DNA from: Eledone cirrhosa
Lineage: Eukaryota
NCBI GenBank assembly: GCA_964016885.1
Contig: OZ024747.1
Location: forward strand, 32,922,001-32,986,000
DNA: 64,000 bases
Direction: 5' to 3'
This document shows, one piece after another, positions 30,601 through 43,800 of the stretch. Each line of letters begins with the position of its first letter. Positions within the stretch are counted from its first letter, which is position 1. Made by a program: the position numbers and the translations under genes. The notes under the pieces were generated by a model. That model had not been told where the DNA came from. It was given only the letters and a program-made list of their open reading frames with translations, and ran no database searches.

Positions 30601-31250
30601 GACTACCAGTTACCATCCTGCATCTAATGGAATGGTGGAGCGTTTTCCTCACCAGCTGAAGGCCGCATTACATGCCTATCTGGATACTCTACATTGGAGC
30701 GAATACCTCCCAATAGTACTACTCGGCATCCGCACTTCAGTTAAGGAGGACCTTGGATTCTCTCCAGGCGAGCTTTTGTATGGCTCTCCTTTGTCTTTGC
30801 CAGGGAAGATGCTTGCCCCAGTTGATCTTTCTACTCAGGATCTCACTCTGTGAACCGTTTGCATTCATATTTTCAAGTCCTGCCTCCTATGAATACTTGG
30901 CAACAAGCCATTAAATCTTCGGTCCCGAGGGACATTACCTCGTGGACCCATGCTTTTGTCAGAAATCACGCAGTGAGAAGTCCTCTCACTCCACCTTACT
31001 CTGGATCCTATCGCGTGCTAGCACATACAAACATTTCACCATTAACTTCAATGGACATAAATAAATAGTCTCTAGACTGAAGTGGGCCTACACAGATGCT
31101 CTCACTATAGAGCCTCATACTCCCCCTCCTACACTGTATTAATATAAACACCACCACAAGCACTACGAGCTCATACACACACTCCTTCACCTTCAACATA
31201 TTTCACAACACGGAATGGTTGTCGTGTCCATTGGCCCAAGAAACTTTCTA
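27615..31250 (+). mobile_element. Ty3/Gypsy LTR retrotransposon gag-pol remnant
   Basis: Gag (IWLTQMESYF, LGDRQP, LFYSRLPPNVQ), protease LIDTGAS, RT (SSSPWASPLHMV, PFGLRN, YIDD), RNase H (VVDASH.AVGA), integrase (HIHIDLVGP, TTSYHPASNGMVERF). PR-RT-RH-IN order with many frameshifts. Confidence 0.95.
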
Positions 31251-31828
31251 AAACAATTTACAAATGTTATTGATTTATGTATATGCATCCATTTCCCTCC
31301 AACACCCAAGTGTCATATTTATTTTGTTGGCCTCAGTAGAATAAAAAGTAAATTGGATATAAACAAATACTACCTACAAGTTATTTTGTCTAATACTCTG
31401 TTGATTCTATCATCCACCCAACCATATCTAGGATTTGAAGTTGGTAAATTATTTCATATCTGACCAATTTATATAGTAGTAACAGTTAGCTTCTGATAAT
31501 TTGAACAGGATGAATACATCAATCAATATAATGACTATTATATTAATTTCTAATATAGACACAAGAACAAGAATTTTAAAAGGGGCTCTGTATTTGACTG
31601 GTATTTTGTTTGTCAATCTGGAAAAACAAGAGATAAAGGGAGAGACTGAGAAAGGTAGAGAAAACAAGTGAGAGGGAACTGAGAGAGGGAGTGCAAGAAA
31701 GATGGAGAGAGCGCGAGGGAGAAGAGGCAAAAGAGAGATGGAGAAAGGACAAGAGAGAAAGCAGGCATTTTTTCTCTGTCTAGTGCTTTTTAATTCTGGT
31801 AGTTCCAATACTAGTGTAAAAATGGATG

Positions 31829-31973
31829 CAGGTGTGGCTGGGTGGTTAAGAAAATTGGTTTGCAACCATGAGTTTGATCCCATGTGTCTTCATGTGTAAG
31901 TATTTTACTATAACCTCATATCAGTCCAAGCCTTAAGAGCGAAATTACATAGGCAGTAACTGTGTGGGAGGCC
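31829..31973 (+). mobile_element. Decayed tRNA-derived SINE (family B, resembling octopus OK-type)
   Basis: GGTGTGGCTGGGTGGTTAAG (A box) ... GAGTTTGATCCCA (B-box-like) ... TACTATAACCTC..CCAAGCCTT. The family assignment is from memory only. Confidence 0.55.
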
Positions 31974-32251
31974 ATGTATGGATTATACTTGTAATTCAAA
32001 AGTGCAGCTTTATCATGCTGATTCAGCCTGTGTATTACATCATGGTACACACAGGGCTGGCACAAACATATCAAACAGGGCCCCTCTAGAAATAGCACTG
32101 CCCCTACAAACTTGAACTGTCCTGGCCACCAAAACCTGAACAGCCTCGGGCTCCCAAACATCTAAATATCTCCCTTCTTATACATGTCTATGAAAATACT
32201 CAACTCACAGCCATTTACATGTTAATATAAAGTTGTATAATTTGTTGATCA

Positions 32252-32709
32252 ATAATAATAATAATAATAATAATAATGCTTTCTTTATTAACCACAAGGG
32301 TTTACATAAAGTATACATTAAGGACTGTACAGGACGGTACAAATGGGCATTTCTGCGTGTACAAAAACAGGATGTAACAAAAAAAAAACAATGAAAAATT
32401 CCCCAATAGGGGGGAGACTTCCGAGGGACATTTGTGGAGAAAGCCCATTAAAAGGCCACAGTGACCCTGACCACCAGGGCAAGTGCCCTCTCCCAGTTTT
32501 CCACCTTTAATTTACAGACACATACTCAGAGTAGGCCCATTCACTCGGGCCATACTTGCTTCTCACCCATCTGTCAACAAAATGCTGGGAAGAGAACACT
32601 TCCCTCTCTACCTTGATTTTCCTTTTCAAATGAAATTTGAAAAAGTTAATCAGGGCATCACCGAAGAGGTAAGTGCTCATTCAGCCCTTTCAGACGTGTC
32701 CACCATACT
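32252..32709 (-). mobile_element. Tx1-like LINE host copy, 3' half (ORF2 end, 3' UTR, (ATT)n tail)
   Basis: Minus strand translates VWWTRLKGL...FFKFHLKRKIKVEREVF...MARVNGPTL, homologous to the end of ORF 35361-37097. Tail CCCTTGTGGTTAATAAAGAAAGC(ATT)n. Confidence 0.88.
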
Positions 32710-32721
32710 TACCCTACGTAC

Positions 32722-33802
32722 ATGGGTAGAAGAACACAAAAAATAAAAATCCACACCATCCTGCCGATTATGGACATATGGTGGGTTTTGACAGGTTTTC
32801 TGGACCTGGAGGATGACATGCTGGTGTCCATGGGAAAGGCATCGGGTGACGCGTTCAGTGGAACGAGCCTCGAACTTGTAGTTCAAATGAGGCCCGAAAG
32901 GATCGCCCAGATCCCTGAACGCGTCATACTGGATGATCTAACCTTCATCAACATTACCGTTGAGGGTAGACGGCCCTCGTGTTACCTCTGCGGAACCAGA
33001 GGTCACCTGAGGGCTGTCTGTCCCCAACTTAATAAGAAAACCCCAATCCTGCCTACACCACCAACAACTGCACAACCAACACAATCACCACAACTACCAC
33101 TACAAAAACAACCACCACAGCTCAAACCAAAACAAAACAATGTCCAACCCATCCCCTCCACTCAAAAAACAAAAACAATTTCCAAAACACCCGTACCGCA
33201 AACACAACCCGAAAATATACCCCTCCCCTCCAACGCGGAAGATGACCCTAGTTCGTCGTCAGACGAGGAGGAGCACTTCCACACAATCAAAAGGAAAAAA
33301 AAGAAAACACACCTCAGACACACAAATGAAAAAAAACCCTCCCCAAAACATAACACTGACACCAACACAAAAGAGCTCACAACAACAGCAAACAAAAAAC
33401 ACCACACAAAAACAAAAACATGCATACACATACATAAATACAAGAAACAAAAAACTGTTAAACATTGTGTACAACAACAATCTAATAAAAACACAAGGGC
33501 CTAACTTCACCCAGGCAGGGGATTTCCCCCACCTCAAAATGATTAAGGCCCCACAGGACACCTATAAAACTTTAAAAAACAATTTTAAAGAGGACGTGGG
33601 TCCCCCCTGCGTCGGGCCCACTAACCGCGTCCTCCTAAAAAACTATCCCACCCCCTCCCCAAACACCCACACAACTCCAAACTCCCCAACCACACAACAC
33701 ACTGATGCCCCCACACTTCCACAAACCACCACCCCACCCAACAACCCATCCTCCACCCTAATGGAAATTGTGCAGACCGATACCCGGGACGCAGATAGGT
33801 AA
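32722..33802 (+). pseudogene. Tx1-like ORF1 (gag-like, zinc knuckle), frameshifted
   Basis: ITVEGRRPSCYLCGTRGHLRAVCP (CX2CX4HX4C) followed by a Pro/Gln/Lys-rich low-complexity region. Split over ORFs 32722-33504 and 33140-33802. Confidence 0.8.
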
Positions 33803-33826
33803 GTGCCTCTTCTCTTCACCACCAAC

Positions 33827-36800
33827 ATGGCTATGCTAAGAGTAGGCTGTTTAAATGCGCGTGGCCTGGGCTCAACTTGGAAGCAAGCAATGCTTCTAAA
33901 TGACCTCAGGTCACAACGTATAGATGTGATGGTTATTTGCGAGGCCCGGATCAGCAACGTGCGACAGCTGGCCCCCACCTTTGATGACTTTGAGATGCAC
34001 GCATCTCTCTGTCAGCCCGGAGGTGGGGGTGGAGTTGTCGTTCTGCTGCAAAAACATCTGGGTCTCGCAACACAGATGGTACACTTGGACCCGGAGGGTC
34101 GACTAGTGGTTCTGGACCTTGGCAGTGGTAAAGGCGGAGCGTTTAGGTTGGTAGCCGCCTACGGCCCTTTCGGGTCAATGCGGCCGGACTTCTTCCATCG
34201 TCTGGAGATTTTCCGACTGCGCCAACCTGGACTTGGGCAAATCGTAGCGGATCATCTAGGTCGTACCTAGATAGGTTCTTAGTTAGAATTAAGGATAAGG
34301 ACTTTTTAAGTTGTCCAAAAATGCGCATGGTTGGCTATTCAGACCACAAATTAGTGACCTGCATGGTCAACCTTGACAGAACTCATAGACAGGGCCCCGG
34401 TTACTGGAAGCTCAACTTGTCCTTGCCGGCAAGTAGAGCCTACAGGAATCGGATTAGTACGTTAGTTAAGGAACGGTTGACTGGAGCGATCGTCAACAGC
34501 AGGTGGTGGGTATCTCTAAAGAGAGAGATTAGAGTAGTCTCGATAGAATTTAGTAAGGTTCTAGCTGCGGATAGGAATAGGAAGGAAAGGGAGCTAATAG
34601 ATAGAGTAGAAGAGGCAATTAGAAGCGGCGACGTGGCCAGAGTTCTAGCGTCGAGAACGGCTTTGAGCCAGTTTTTCGACGCGAAGCACGAAGGCTGCGT
34701 TGTCCGAAGTAAAATACGTGCTCTAGGGAACGAGGGGACCAAAGCTGTTAGCTGGGCCCGCGTGACAGAGGCCAACAGTGGAACTAAATCCACCATCCGG
34801 TCTTTGCGAGACCTGGATGGACGGGCGATTCTTGAGCCTAAGCAGATGTGTGAGGCCTTTCAAAGGCACTTTGCCCGACTGTTCGGGAGGGGCGGGGAGC
34901 CGGTTGGGAACGTGGACTTCGGTCCATACCTCGACGGCCTGCCGCGCCTCTCGGACAGGGAGGCGAAGTCCTGCGAGGAGCCGATTTCGGCCGCTGAGAT
35001 AGAGGACGTGCTGAGCCAATGCGGCAAACGCAAATCCCCGGGTCTCGATGGTCTTCCTTACGAATTATATCTAGCTATGCCGGACTTGTTCCCCGATCTC
35101 CTCGAGGCGGTCTACTGCAACTGGCAACAGAACGGGAGAATTCCCTGTACTGTGACCAAGGCGTAGTCACGCTAGTGAGGAAGGACGAGAACAAGGGGGA
35201 CGAAATAAGTAACTTCAGGCCCATAACACTGCTAAATACAGAGTTACAGATTTTGGCCAAGGTGCTAGCAAAGAGGTTGGCGCTTGTCGTGGGCAACCTG
35301 GTGGGAGATGCGTAGACATGCGCTATCCCGTCCAGGTCCATCCATGACAACCTCCACCTCATGCGATACATCATAGAGAGGGTTGGGAACGAACCCGGCT
35401 TTGGTGGGGCTCTGATCAACTTGGATCAATCTAAGGCGTTCGATAGGGTCGACCATGGTTACCTGGATGCGGTGCTAGCGGCGGCAGGCTTCGGACCCGT
35501 TTTCAGGGGCTGGATCACTGCTATGCACAGCAGCGGCATCTGCTCTAGGGTCAAGGTGAACGGCTACCTCTCGGAGCCGTTCAAAATCGTGCGGTCCATC
35601 CGACAAGGGTGCCCTCTCTCCTCCCTTCTGTATGTGTTGACTCTCGAGCCACTACTGCGGAAGTTGGAGTTGTTGCAGGGCATCCCTTTGGAACCGGGAT
35701 TGCGGAAAGCGGTGTCGGCCTACGCCGATGACGTGACAGTAATGGTGTCGACGGCCTCCGAAATCGAGGCGGTCGGCACCTTACTGGAGGAGTACGAAAA
35801 GTTCACAGGGGCTAAGCTGAACCGGGACAAGTCGATCGGTTTGCAGCTCGGCACGTGGAGGGGCAGACCGATGCCCTCCGATGGCGTCGTCGGACGCTGG
35901 ACGGAGGGCCCGGTGAAGTTGCTCGGGGTCTGGTTCGGACCGGACCTCCAGGTGGAGAAAAACTGGGCGGAGGTTACGAACAGGGTGTTTGCACTGACCC
36001 AGAAGTGGGCCAGTTGCAAACTATCCCTGAAAGGTCGGGCGGAGGTGGCGAACACCTACATAGCGTCCGTCATCTACTACCGCCTGACCGTAGTGCCCTG
36101 CCCAAGGGAAACCCTCACCAAGATGGAGCGCGCGCTCTTCCAATTCCTTTGGAAGAGGCGGGCACCTATGGTGAGGAGATCCATCTGCTGTCAACACCCT
36201 TCGAAAGGAGGGCTGGGGATGCCGTGGCTAATGATGCGTAAACACGCATTAAGGCACCTCTACGTATTCCTCACCGGACAACCGGTGTGGGCCTCGTTTG
36301 TGAGACGAACCTTTCCCAGACTCGTCTCACTCACCGAGCTGCAATCCTGGGTCAAGCAAAGACCGAGAAAACTGGGCGCCTGGCACACCGAGTGTGCCCA
36401 GGCGCTCACCGCCCTCTGGCAGGCGGATCCGGTTATCAGTGGAGACTCCACCGCAACATTCTATAGAGGGCTGGTACGCAGCAGGTGCGACGCCGCCCTC
36501 GGAGAAGCCCTAGACATGGAGGAGGACGAACTGGCCAGCCTGTTCGGTAGGACATTCAGCCCGGGACCTATGGACAACTTCCAGAAGTCTCTGGCCTGGC
36601 AGTGCTACCGAGGGGCTTTACCCGTTCGAGAAAGGCTCTACAGACACGGGCGCCCGGGTAGGGACCCCGCCAAAAAGATCTGTCCCAGATGCGTGTGCGA
36701 CGAGGAAACCGTTGCACACGCATTGGTACACTGCTCGGGCGTAGCCGATCTGTGGGGCTATGTCGAACAACTGCTGTCAAGGGTGGGACCGATCCGGTTG

Positions 36801-37097
36801 ACCACCGAGTCTATTGTGATGATCAAGCCGCCTCCCCCCTTCAAAGATGAAGCAGGGGCGGTGTTTCTGTGCGTGATAGCCATGGCGAAAGAGGTTGTAT
36901 GGTGGACGCGTCTGAAAGGACTGAGGTCAGGCACCTTTCTCTCTGGCCAACAACTGGTCCGTTTCTTCCGATATCATTTCGGAAGAAGGATCAGGATGGA
37001 GAGAGAGGTGCTGCACCCCAGCCGTTTCTATGAAAGATGGGTGAAAGTGGCGAGAATGGCCCGTGTGAATGGGCCTTCACTCTACATCAGACTATAG
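33827..37097 (+). pseudogene. Tx1-like ORF2 (APE endonuclease, reverse transcriptase, C-terminal zinc finger), disrupted
   Basis: GCLNARGL, YSDHKLV, GPGYWKLN, KSPGLDGLPYE, NFRPITLLN, LDQSKAFDRVDH, IRQGCPLS, YADD, CPRC...ETVAHALVHC. Frameshifts near 34200-34320 and 35160, stop at 35313. Confidence 0.93.
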
Positions 37098-37361
37098 GTG
37101 AGGAAGATGAAAGACCAAGGGAGCACCCCTTCTCTGTGCTCCTGAGGAGAAGGGTTGCACACTTTTTTCGGGGGTGTGTGCGACCCCCCAAGGCGCCTCC
37201 TCTCTATTGAGGATTTTGTTAAAAATTTTATTTTTTGTTATATCTTATTTTATTTTTATATTTTGTTATTGCCTCCTCCTTATTGAGGACGCCTTTTTGT
37301 GTAAACTCCCCCCTTTGTACTTGTCCCACTTTTGATGCCCTAGTGGCAAATAAAAGAAACA

Positions 37362-37959
37362 TATCTCTTTCGCCATGGCCACCAGACAGATAAAAACTGC
37401 CTGCCCTTCCCGGCTAAAGGAAGAGGGCGGGGCAATCCTCACGGTGGACTCATCTGATAGCTGGATCCGTCCTACACATGACAGCAGGTGTTCGACATAA
37501 ACCCACAAGTCAGAAATGCTCGGACACTGGACGAGTGCGTGCAGGACGGTTTCGTCGCCCTGCGCACATCTCGGACATGCCCGGCTGACGGAACCTCCAT
37601 GCCTGTAGAGTTTATCCTGAACTGGCAAAGCTCCCTGGTAGCACTGCCAGGCCAGGGATTTCTGGAAGTTGTCCATAGGTCCCGGCCCAAAAGTTCTTCC
37701 AAAGAGATTGGCTAGTTGATTTTCGTCGACGCCTAGAGTTTCTCCAAGTACGTCGTCGCTCTTCCCCTCCACTAATCCTCTATAGAACACCAAGGTGGAG
37801 TTTCCACCGATCACATTGCCCGATTGGTCGAGGGCTGTGAGCGCCTGAATACATTCCAGTCTCCAAGCGCTCCCTCTCGGTCTTCGCTTGACTCAGGACT
37901 GCAGCTCCATCAAGGAGATGAGCTGGCGAAAGACGTGTCTAGCAAACGGCAACCACACA
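37362..37959 (-). mobile_element. Tx1-like LINE host copy, 5' half (ORF2 C-terminal region)
   Basis: ORF 37266-37814(-): GPMDNFQKSLAWQCYQGALPV...CPRC...ETVLHALVQC...CLVAMAKE, a paralogue of 35361-37097. Confidence 0.9.
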
Positions 37960-38025
37960 TGATCAGGTTTCAAGAAGCTAGATGATTCTTGTAAGAAAAC
38001 ATCCAGCTCATTTGTCAGACAAAAC

Positions 38026-38083
<58 letters not shown>

Positions 38084-38750
38084 TTATATATATTACTACT
38101 AATATTTTAATGTTCTTGTTATTTCTAAGCAGTCTAGTTTCCAGACATTATAAAAATGATAAAATATTTATAATCTTATATGATGTTTACCTGCTGACGC
38201 ACCAATTTCAAAAATATATGATAAAATGTTATGATCACTAATGGTTTCAAAAGAATTCAAACTGTTTTCACTTTCACTTAATCTTGTGTTCATTTTTAAT
38301 ATGCATGAATTAGTTATATGACATTTATACAATTAAATTTATATATATCTATATTGAGAGTGTATTTGTAGCACTGCATTAGACACCAGATTTCTAGAGA
38401 TATCCAATAATATTCCAAGAAAATGAATATAACTTCATTATAAACAAATCTGGTACATTTATAGCTAAATTTCAGTCTGTGTTATGCTCTATCTTCCTCA
38501 AAGCGCCACCATACTTCTATATTACATGGGAGGTTATCCACTTTGTCTATATCCAGTACACCTGACTGTCAGCCCTAACTGATATTCTTATTTTTACTTA
38601 CAATCATTCTCCTTCTGCTCATCTTACTTATTTTGACTTAGAAGCTCTCACATCTTAAAATGCCCGAAGCAGCCAGATTGGTCCAATGTGTCAGTTGTGT
38701 CTATGAATAGACAGTTCCAACTTTACAAACTTTTATGAATTTTTGTAGGC

Positions 38751-39366
38751 CAGGGTTTCCCAAACTTTTTTCAGCCAGCGCCCCCTTTAGGATTAAATTT
38801 CAAATAAGATACTGAATTCATCTTACATCAAATGGGTACAAAACCTAAAACAAATGTGTGTGTGTGTGTGTGGTTAGGCTTTTAATCACCAGGGGTCAAT
38901 TTAAGTTCAATCGCAGAAAGAATTCCAAACGGCAACACACTCACATACACGCAATCATATACACGCAAATATACTCAGACATACAAACACATACATATCA
39001 ACTACTCCCAAAAGCCAGTTTCTTCCAAAAGTCTGACCACCATTCTTTATATATTTGTACACAAAGACACACATTCAGCTTTTCGTTTTTATTCATTGTT
39101 TTTTTTTTCTTTTAGTCGTCTGTCACCATTCATCTGTTTTTTTTTTGTTTTGGAGGTTTCACTTTAGCGACACCAGTTACACATAGTGTCAGGAATTTGC
39201 TTGGTGTCGCCAAAGTGGAAAAAGTTTTTTTTAGATTTTTGAAAATTTGAAAGAAAATAATGGATAAATGCCACCGCCCACCTGAGTATATTCACTGCCA
39301 CCCAAATGAAATAAAAACTCCCAGTGCCCCCTTTCAAAACAACAGCGCCCACGTTGGGAAACACTG
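38751..39366. mobile_element. hAT (Charlie-like) non-autonomous DNA transposon, 616 bp
   Basis: TIRs CAGGGTTTCCCAA / TTGGGAAACACTG; 8-bp TSD TTGTAGGC / GTGTAGGC. Confidence 0.85.
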
Positions 39367-40502
39367 GTGTAGGCATTTAGTGTCAAAAGTATTTCATTGG
39401 TTCTCTTGGGTGGTTTTCACACCTTGTTTCACACCATACTTGACTGGTTAAAGCACATTGCTGTTGTAAAATATTTCTTGGCAAGTTTACATGCCAACCT
39501 ATTAGATATGTGTATATATTTAGACTGGTGCAGTCTTGGCTACACACTCTGTATTTATACAGATATAATTTATATCATACAATTCGACTGCTAGCACAAC
39601 TCTTACTATATATCTTAATTAACTGCCAATTTAAGTGCTAATTATCTGCAAATTAGTATACCCATTTCAGAAAAATACTAAGAATAAATCAGTATATACA
39701 TCCTCGAAATACATGTTTTCTTGTGGTTGATTGGATGAAATGTCTTCTAATGAGGGTCCAATTACATACAAAAACCAATTAAAGATTTACAGGGAAATTC
39801 GGTTTTCTCGTATGTTTACATCCCTACATATTAGATATGTGTATATTTTTATATATGCTGGTACAGTCCCAGATAGAAACTCTGTCTTCTTACAGATATA
39901 ACTTTTTCATATATAAAGATGTATGTGAATATAAATATAAAGATGTATATTTGTGTATGTATGTATGTATATATATATATATATATACATATGTGTGTGT
40001 GTATATATTTATATATGGATACATATATATATGTTTATATATTTATATATGTATACACGTGTGTGTGTGTGTGTGTATATCTCTCTCTCTATATATAGAT
40101 ATAGATAGAGAGAGATATATATAAATATATTCATTTTCATCTTTCTCTAAGACTTTACTGGAAATAGAATAAAATTGTTAAATAATAGTTTAATTTTCTG
40201 CAGTGATTTTAGAAACAAGTTAGTTCATACAATTAAAGGAGAGAAAGAGAAAAAATGAGAAAATATATACAAATATTTCCTGATTTTGACTTGTTTATAT
40301 CTTGATACCAAAAATCCGATAAAGAAATTGGCAATAACAATTTTTTTAAATTTACTTTGCAATTGGTCCTTAGATGAATGATTCAGTGTTTGTGTACATA
40401 TATATGTAAAAGGTAAAGAGAAATAACAAAACAATCGGTACAGTATATGGAACGAATATATATATATATTTGTGTGTGTATTTAATATATATATATACAC
40501 AC

Positions 40503-40715
40503 GTCATGTAGGTAACACGGTAAAAAGCTCCCAGTCCACACTGTAAATGTGGTTGGTGTTAGGAAGGGCATCCAGCCATAGAAAACCTACCAGACTGTCC
40601 TATATGAGCGAGACACTGTCACCCGACCAATCTTGCCTCAAGTGGGACAATTGCTGTCTAACCCATGCTAGCATTGAAGATAGACGTTAAACGATGATGA
40701 TGATGATGATGATGA
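40503..40715 (+). mobile_element. RTE 3'-tail retrocopy
   Basis: CCAGTCCACACTGTAAATGTGGTTGGTGTTAGGAAGGGCATCCAG...GACGTTAAAC(GAT)n, nearly identical to 44100-44295. Confidence 0.85.
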
Positions 40716-40850
40716 CACATATATATGTATATACTTAAGGTATTTTGATAAAATATATATATATATATATATATATTTATTAAAATAACAGATTAAAGTT
40801 TAAGCAAAGAATCGCTGCTTTCACCCTTAACGGGATCTTATATTAAGGTA

Positions 40851-43800
40851 TCTATCTGTATACTACTAAAACTCTGTGATTGCTTGCTTGTCTGTAATGT
40901 AATACACCCAAAAGGGCACATATTGGGAAAATACTTTGAAAAGAGGTTGGCCCTGAAATGGGGATACAAATGGAATAAAACAAGTTTCACGTAAATCAGA
41001 GCACGGATTCCCAAAATATGCAGTTTTTCTGGGTACCTTCATAAACAGAGAGAGAGAGAAAGATGGAGAGAAAGAAATAGTGGTTGTGAGAGAGTAGATT
41101 GAAAGAGAGACATAGAGAGAGGGAGAGGTGACAGAGAAGGAGAATGGAAGAGAGAGAGAGAGCTGGTGGTGTTGTTGTGAATATATATATGGGAGTGTGT
41201 GTGTGTGTCTATGACCAGTGTATATAGATCATAGACACCCACATATATATACACACACATACTCATTGTGGGTAAAAAAACGATGCTATAAACTTTGGAA
41301 ATGACAACAGACTGGCTGGAATAGGAATTATGTTAGCTGAAAAATGGGTAGATAAGGTAATTGCTGTAAATAGAGTGAATGACAGAATAATTAAAATAAG
41401 ACTAGTTCTAAATAGAACTACTGTGACAATAATATCCTCTTATGCACCCCAATCTGGTCTGCCTAGTGTTATAAAAGACCGGTTCTATGAAACGCTAAAG
41501 CACACTACCTCCCAAATAACCGACAAAGACTACTTAATTATTGCTGGTGACCTTAATGGTCACGTTTGACAACATTGTGATGGCTATTATGGAATCCATC
41601 GGAGGCTATGGGTTTGGTAATAGAAATGAGGAAGGCTTCAGAATCCTGGAATTCTGTGACGCTAATAACCTGCAACACAAACTTCAAAAAATGAGGCAAT
41701 CACACGCCAGCCAGATAGATTATATCCTTACTATAATATGTGACAGTGTCTGTTGTAAACACTAAATCCCTCCGCCGTGAAGAATGAATCTCCCAACATA
41801 GCCTAGTATTTAGTGACCTCATTGTCAGGATGAGACGTACTCGACAACAGAGGAGGACTAACTTGAGGAGAAGAATATGGAAGTTGAAGGACCCCACAGC
41901 CAGTGAGATATTCAAAAGTTTATTACTTGATGCTTTTGACAGTAAGGGAGAGCAATTAGAGATGTACAATACTTGCTGAAGGCAACAGATGAAATCTGTG
42001 GCTGGAGCAGACCTATAGGCAGGAGGAGAGTAACTTGGTGGTGGAATAGTAAGATGGAGGAGTCAATCAAGGCCAAAAAGCAAGCTTGGAAAGTATGGCA
42101 GGATGGGGGAAGTAGAAAACACTATCAAGTGGCCAGAAGAGAAGCTAAGCAACAAGTCTACCTTGCAAGAAGTGAAGCAGAGGATAGAAAGTTCAAGCAT
42201 GTTCTACAATGCGAGGACCAAAAACGTGAGGTGTTCAGGATTGCAAGACAATATGTCAAGGAAAACCGTGATATTGTCGGGGAGAAGAGTGTCCATAATG
42301 ATAAGAAGGTAGCTTGCATGTGTCACTACGAGAGACTACTAAATGAAGAAAATAAATGGGAAAAAGATAGTCTACTCCAAATCGATCCAATAGAGGGACC
42401 AGCGGTACAAATTAGTTGTTGTATAATAAGTAAGGCAATCAAAGATATGAAGACAGGCGAGGCAGCTGGGCCTTCGAAGATAGTTGCTGAGATGTGGAAA
42501 GCATCAGGAATGATGGAACATACTATGGTCACATGGATAGTAAACCAAGTAATACAGAATGGGGTCATACCAAAGGACTGGCATAGCAGCATCATATTTA
42601 ACTGTTACAAGGGTAAAGGAGATGCTCTAGATAGGGGAAACTATAGAGGCATTAAGTTAGTTGACCAGGTCATGAAGGTCACAGAAAGAGTTATAGTGCA
42701 ACTAATCAGAGATCGAATTGATCTAGATGAAATGCAGTTTGGGTTTGTGTCAGGTAAAAGTACCACAGATGCTCTTTTCCTTGTATGACAACTACAGGAG
42801 AAGTACCTAGCTAAAAGTAAACCCCTCTAGTTAACTTTTGTTGTCTTGGAGAAAGCCTTTGACATAGTCCCACGCTTCATTATCTATACAAGCCAAGTAT
42901 AAAGATACAGTCAGCAAGATCAGAATTAACAATGAATATAGTGAAGAAGTTAGCATAGTAGCAAGATTCTGTCCTTAGTCCCCTCCTGTTTATTATTGCC
43001 CTTCGGGCTATAACAGAGGAGTTTAAGACCGGCTGCCCATGGGAACTCCTATACACAGATGATCTAACTCTTATAGCTGAATCTATGGCTGAACTAGAGA
43101 AGAAATTCCAAACATGGAAGCATGGCCTAGAATCAAAAGGCCTTAATGTTAACTTGACTAAGACTAAAGTTCTAGTATGTAGAAAGGAAAATAGGGCATA
43201 GGTGTCCTCTGGGAAGTGGCCATGCTCAGTGTGTAGGAAAGGAGTAGGTAGAAATTCCATTCTATGTCCCAAATGCAAACTATGGGTACATAAAAGGTGT
43301 TGTGGGATCACAGGCAAGCTATCTAAGAACGTAGATTTTATGTGGGAGGTGCTCAGGTGCAATAAGTAGCACGTGCCTATAGTGAAATAGTGGACACCTT
43401 CCGTTACCTGGGTGACAAAATCAGCAGTGGTGGAGGGTGCTCTGAAAGTACAGTAGCCAGAGTTAGAACGGGATGGAACAAGTTATAGTGCTGTTGGCCA
43501 CAAAGGGTTCCTCTCTGAAAACGAAAGGCAGATTGTATGATGCTTGTATACGAACAGCAATGTTACATGGCTGCGAGACATGGGCATTGTGTGCAGAGGG
43601 CCTGCACAGACTTGAAAGAAATTATGCACGCTCCATTGGATGTGTAATAGTAATATTCACGAATGGAAAAACATAAATGAACTAAGTGAAAATTAGGAAT
43701 AAGAGGGATCAGATGCTGTTTACTTGAGAGAAGAAGTGCAGTGCGATCAAAAATGATGGAGTAGATAGACCCAGAAAAACCTGGCACGACATGATAAATT

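Larger units (their letters stand above)
32710..37361 (+). mobile_element. Tx1-like (L1 clade) non-LTR retrotransposon, 5'-truncated within ORF1
   Basis: ORF1 with a CCHC knuckle, ORF2 with APE, RT and zinc finger, T-rich 3' UTR ending GCCCTAGTGGCAAATAAAAGAAAC. Confidence 0.92.

Noticed and set aside
31250-31800. 3' LTR of the Gypsy element
   Set aside because: No similarity to 26758-27259 is visible, so the element appears 3'-truncated.
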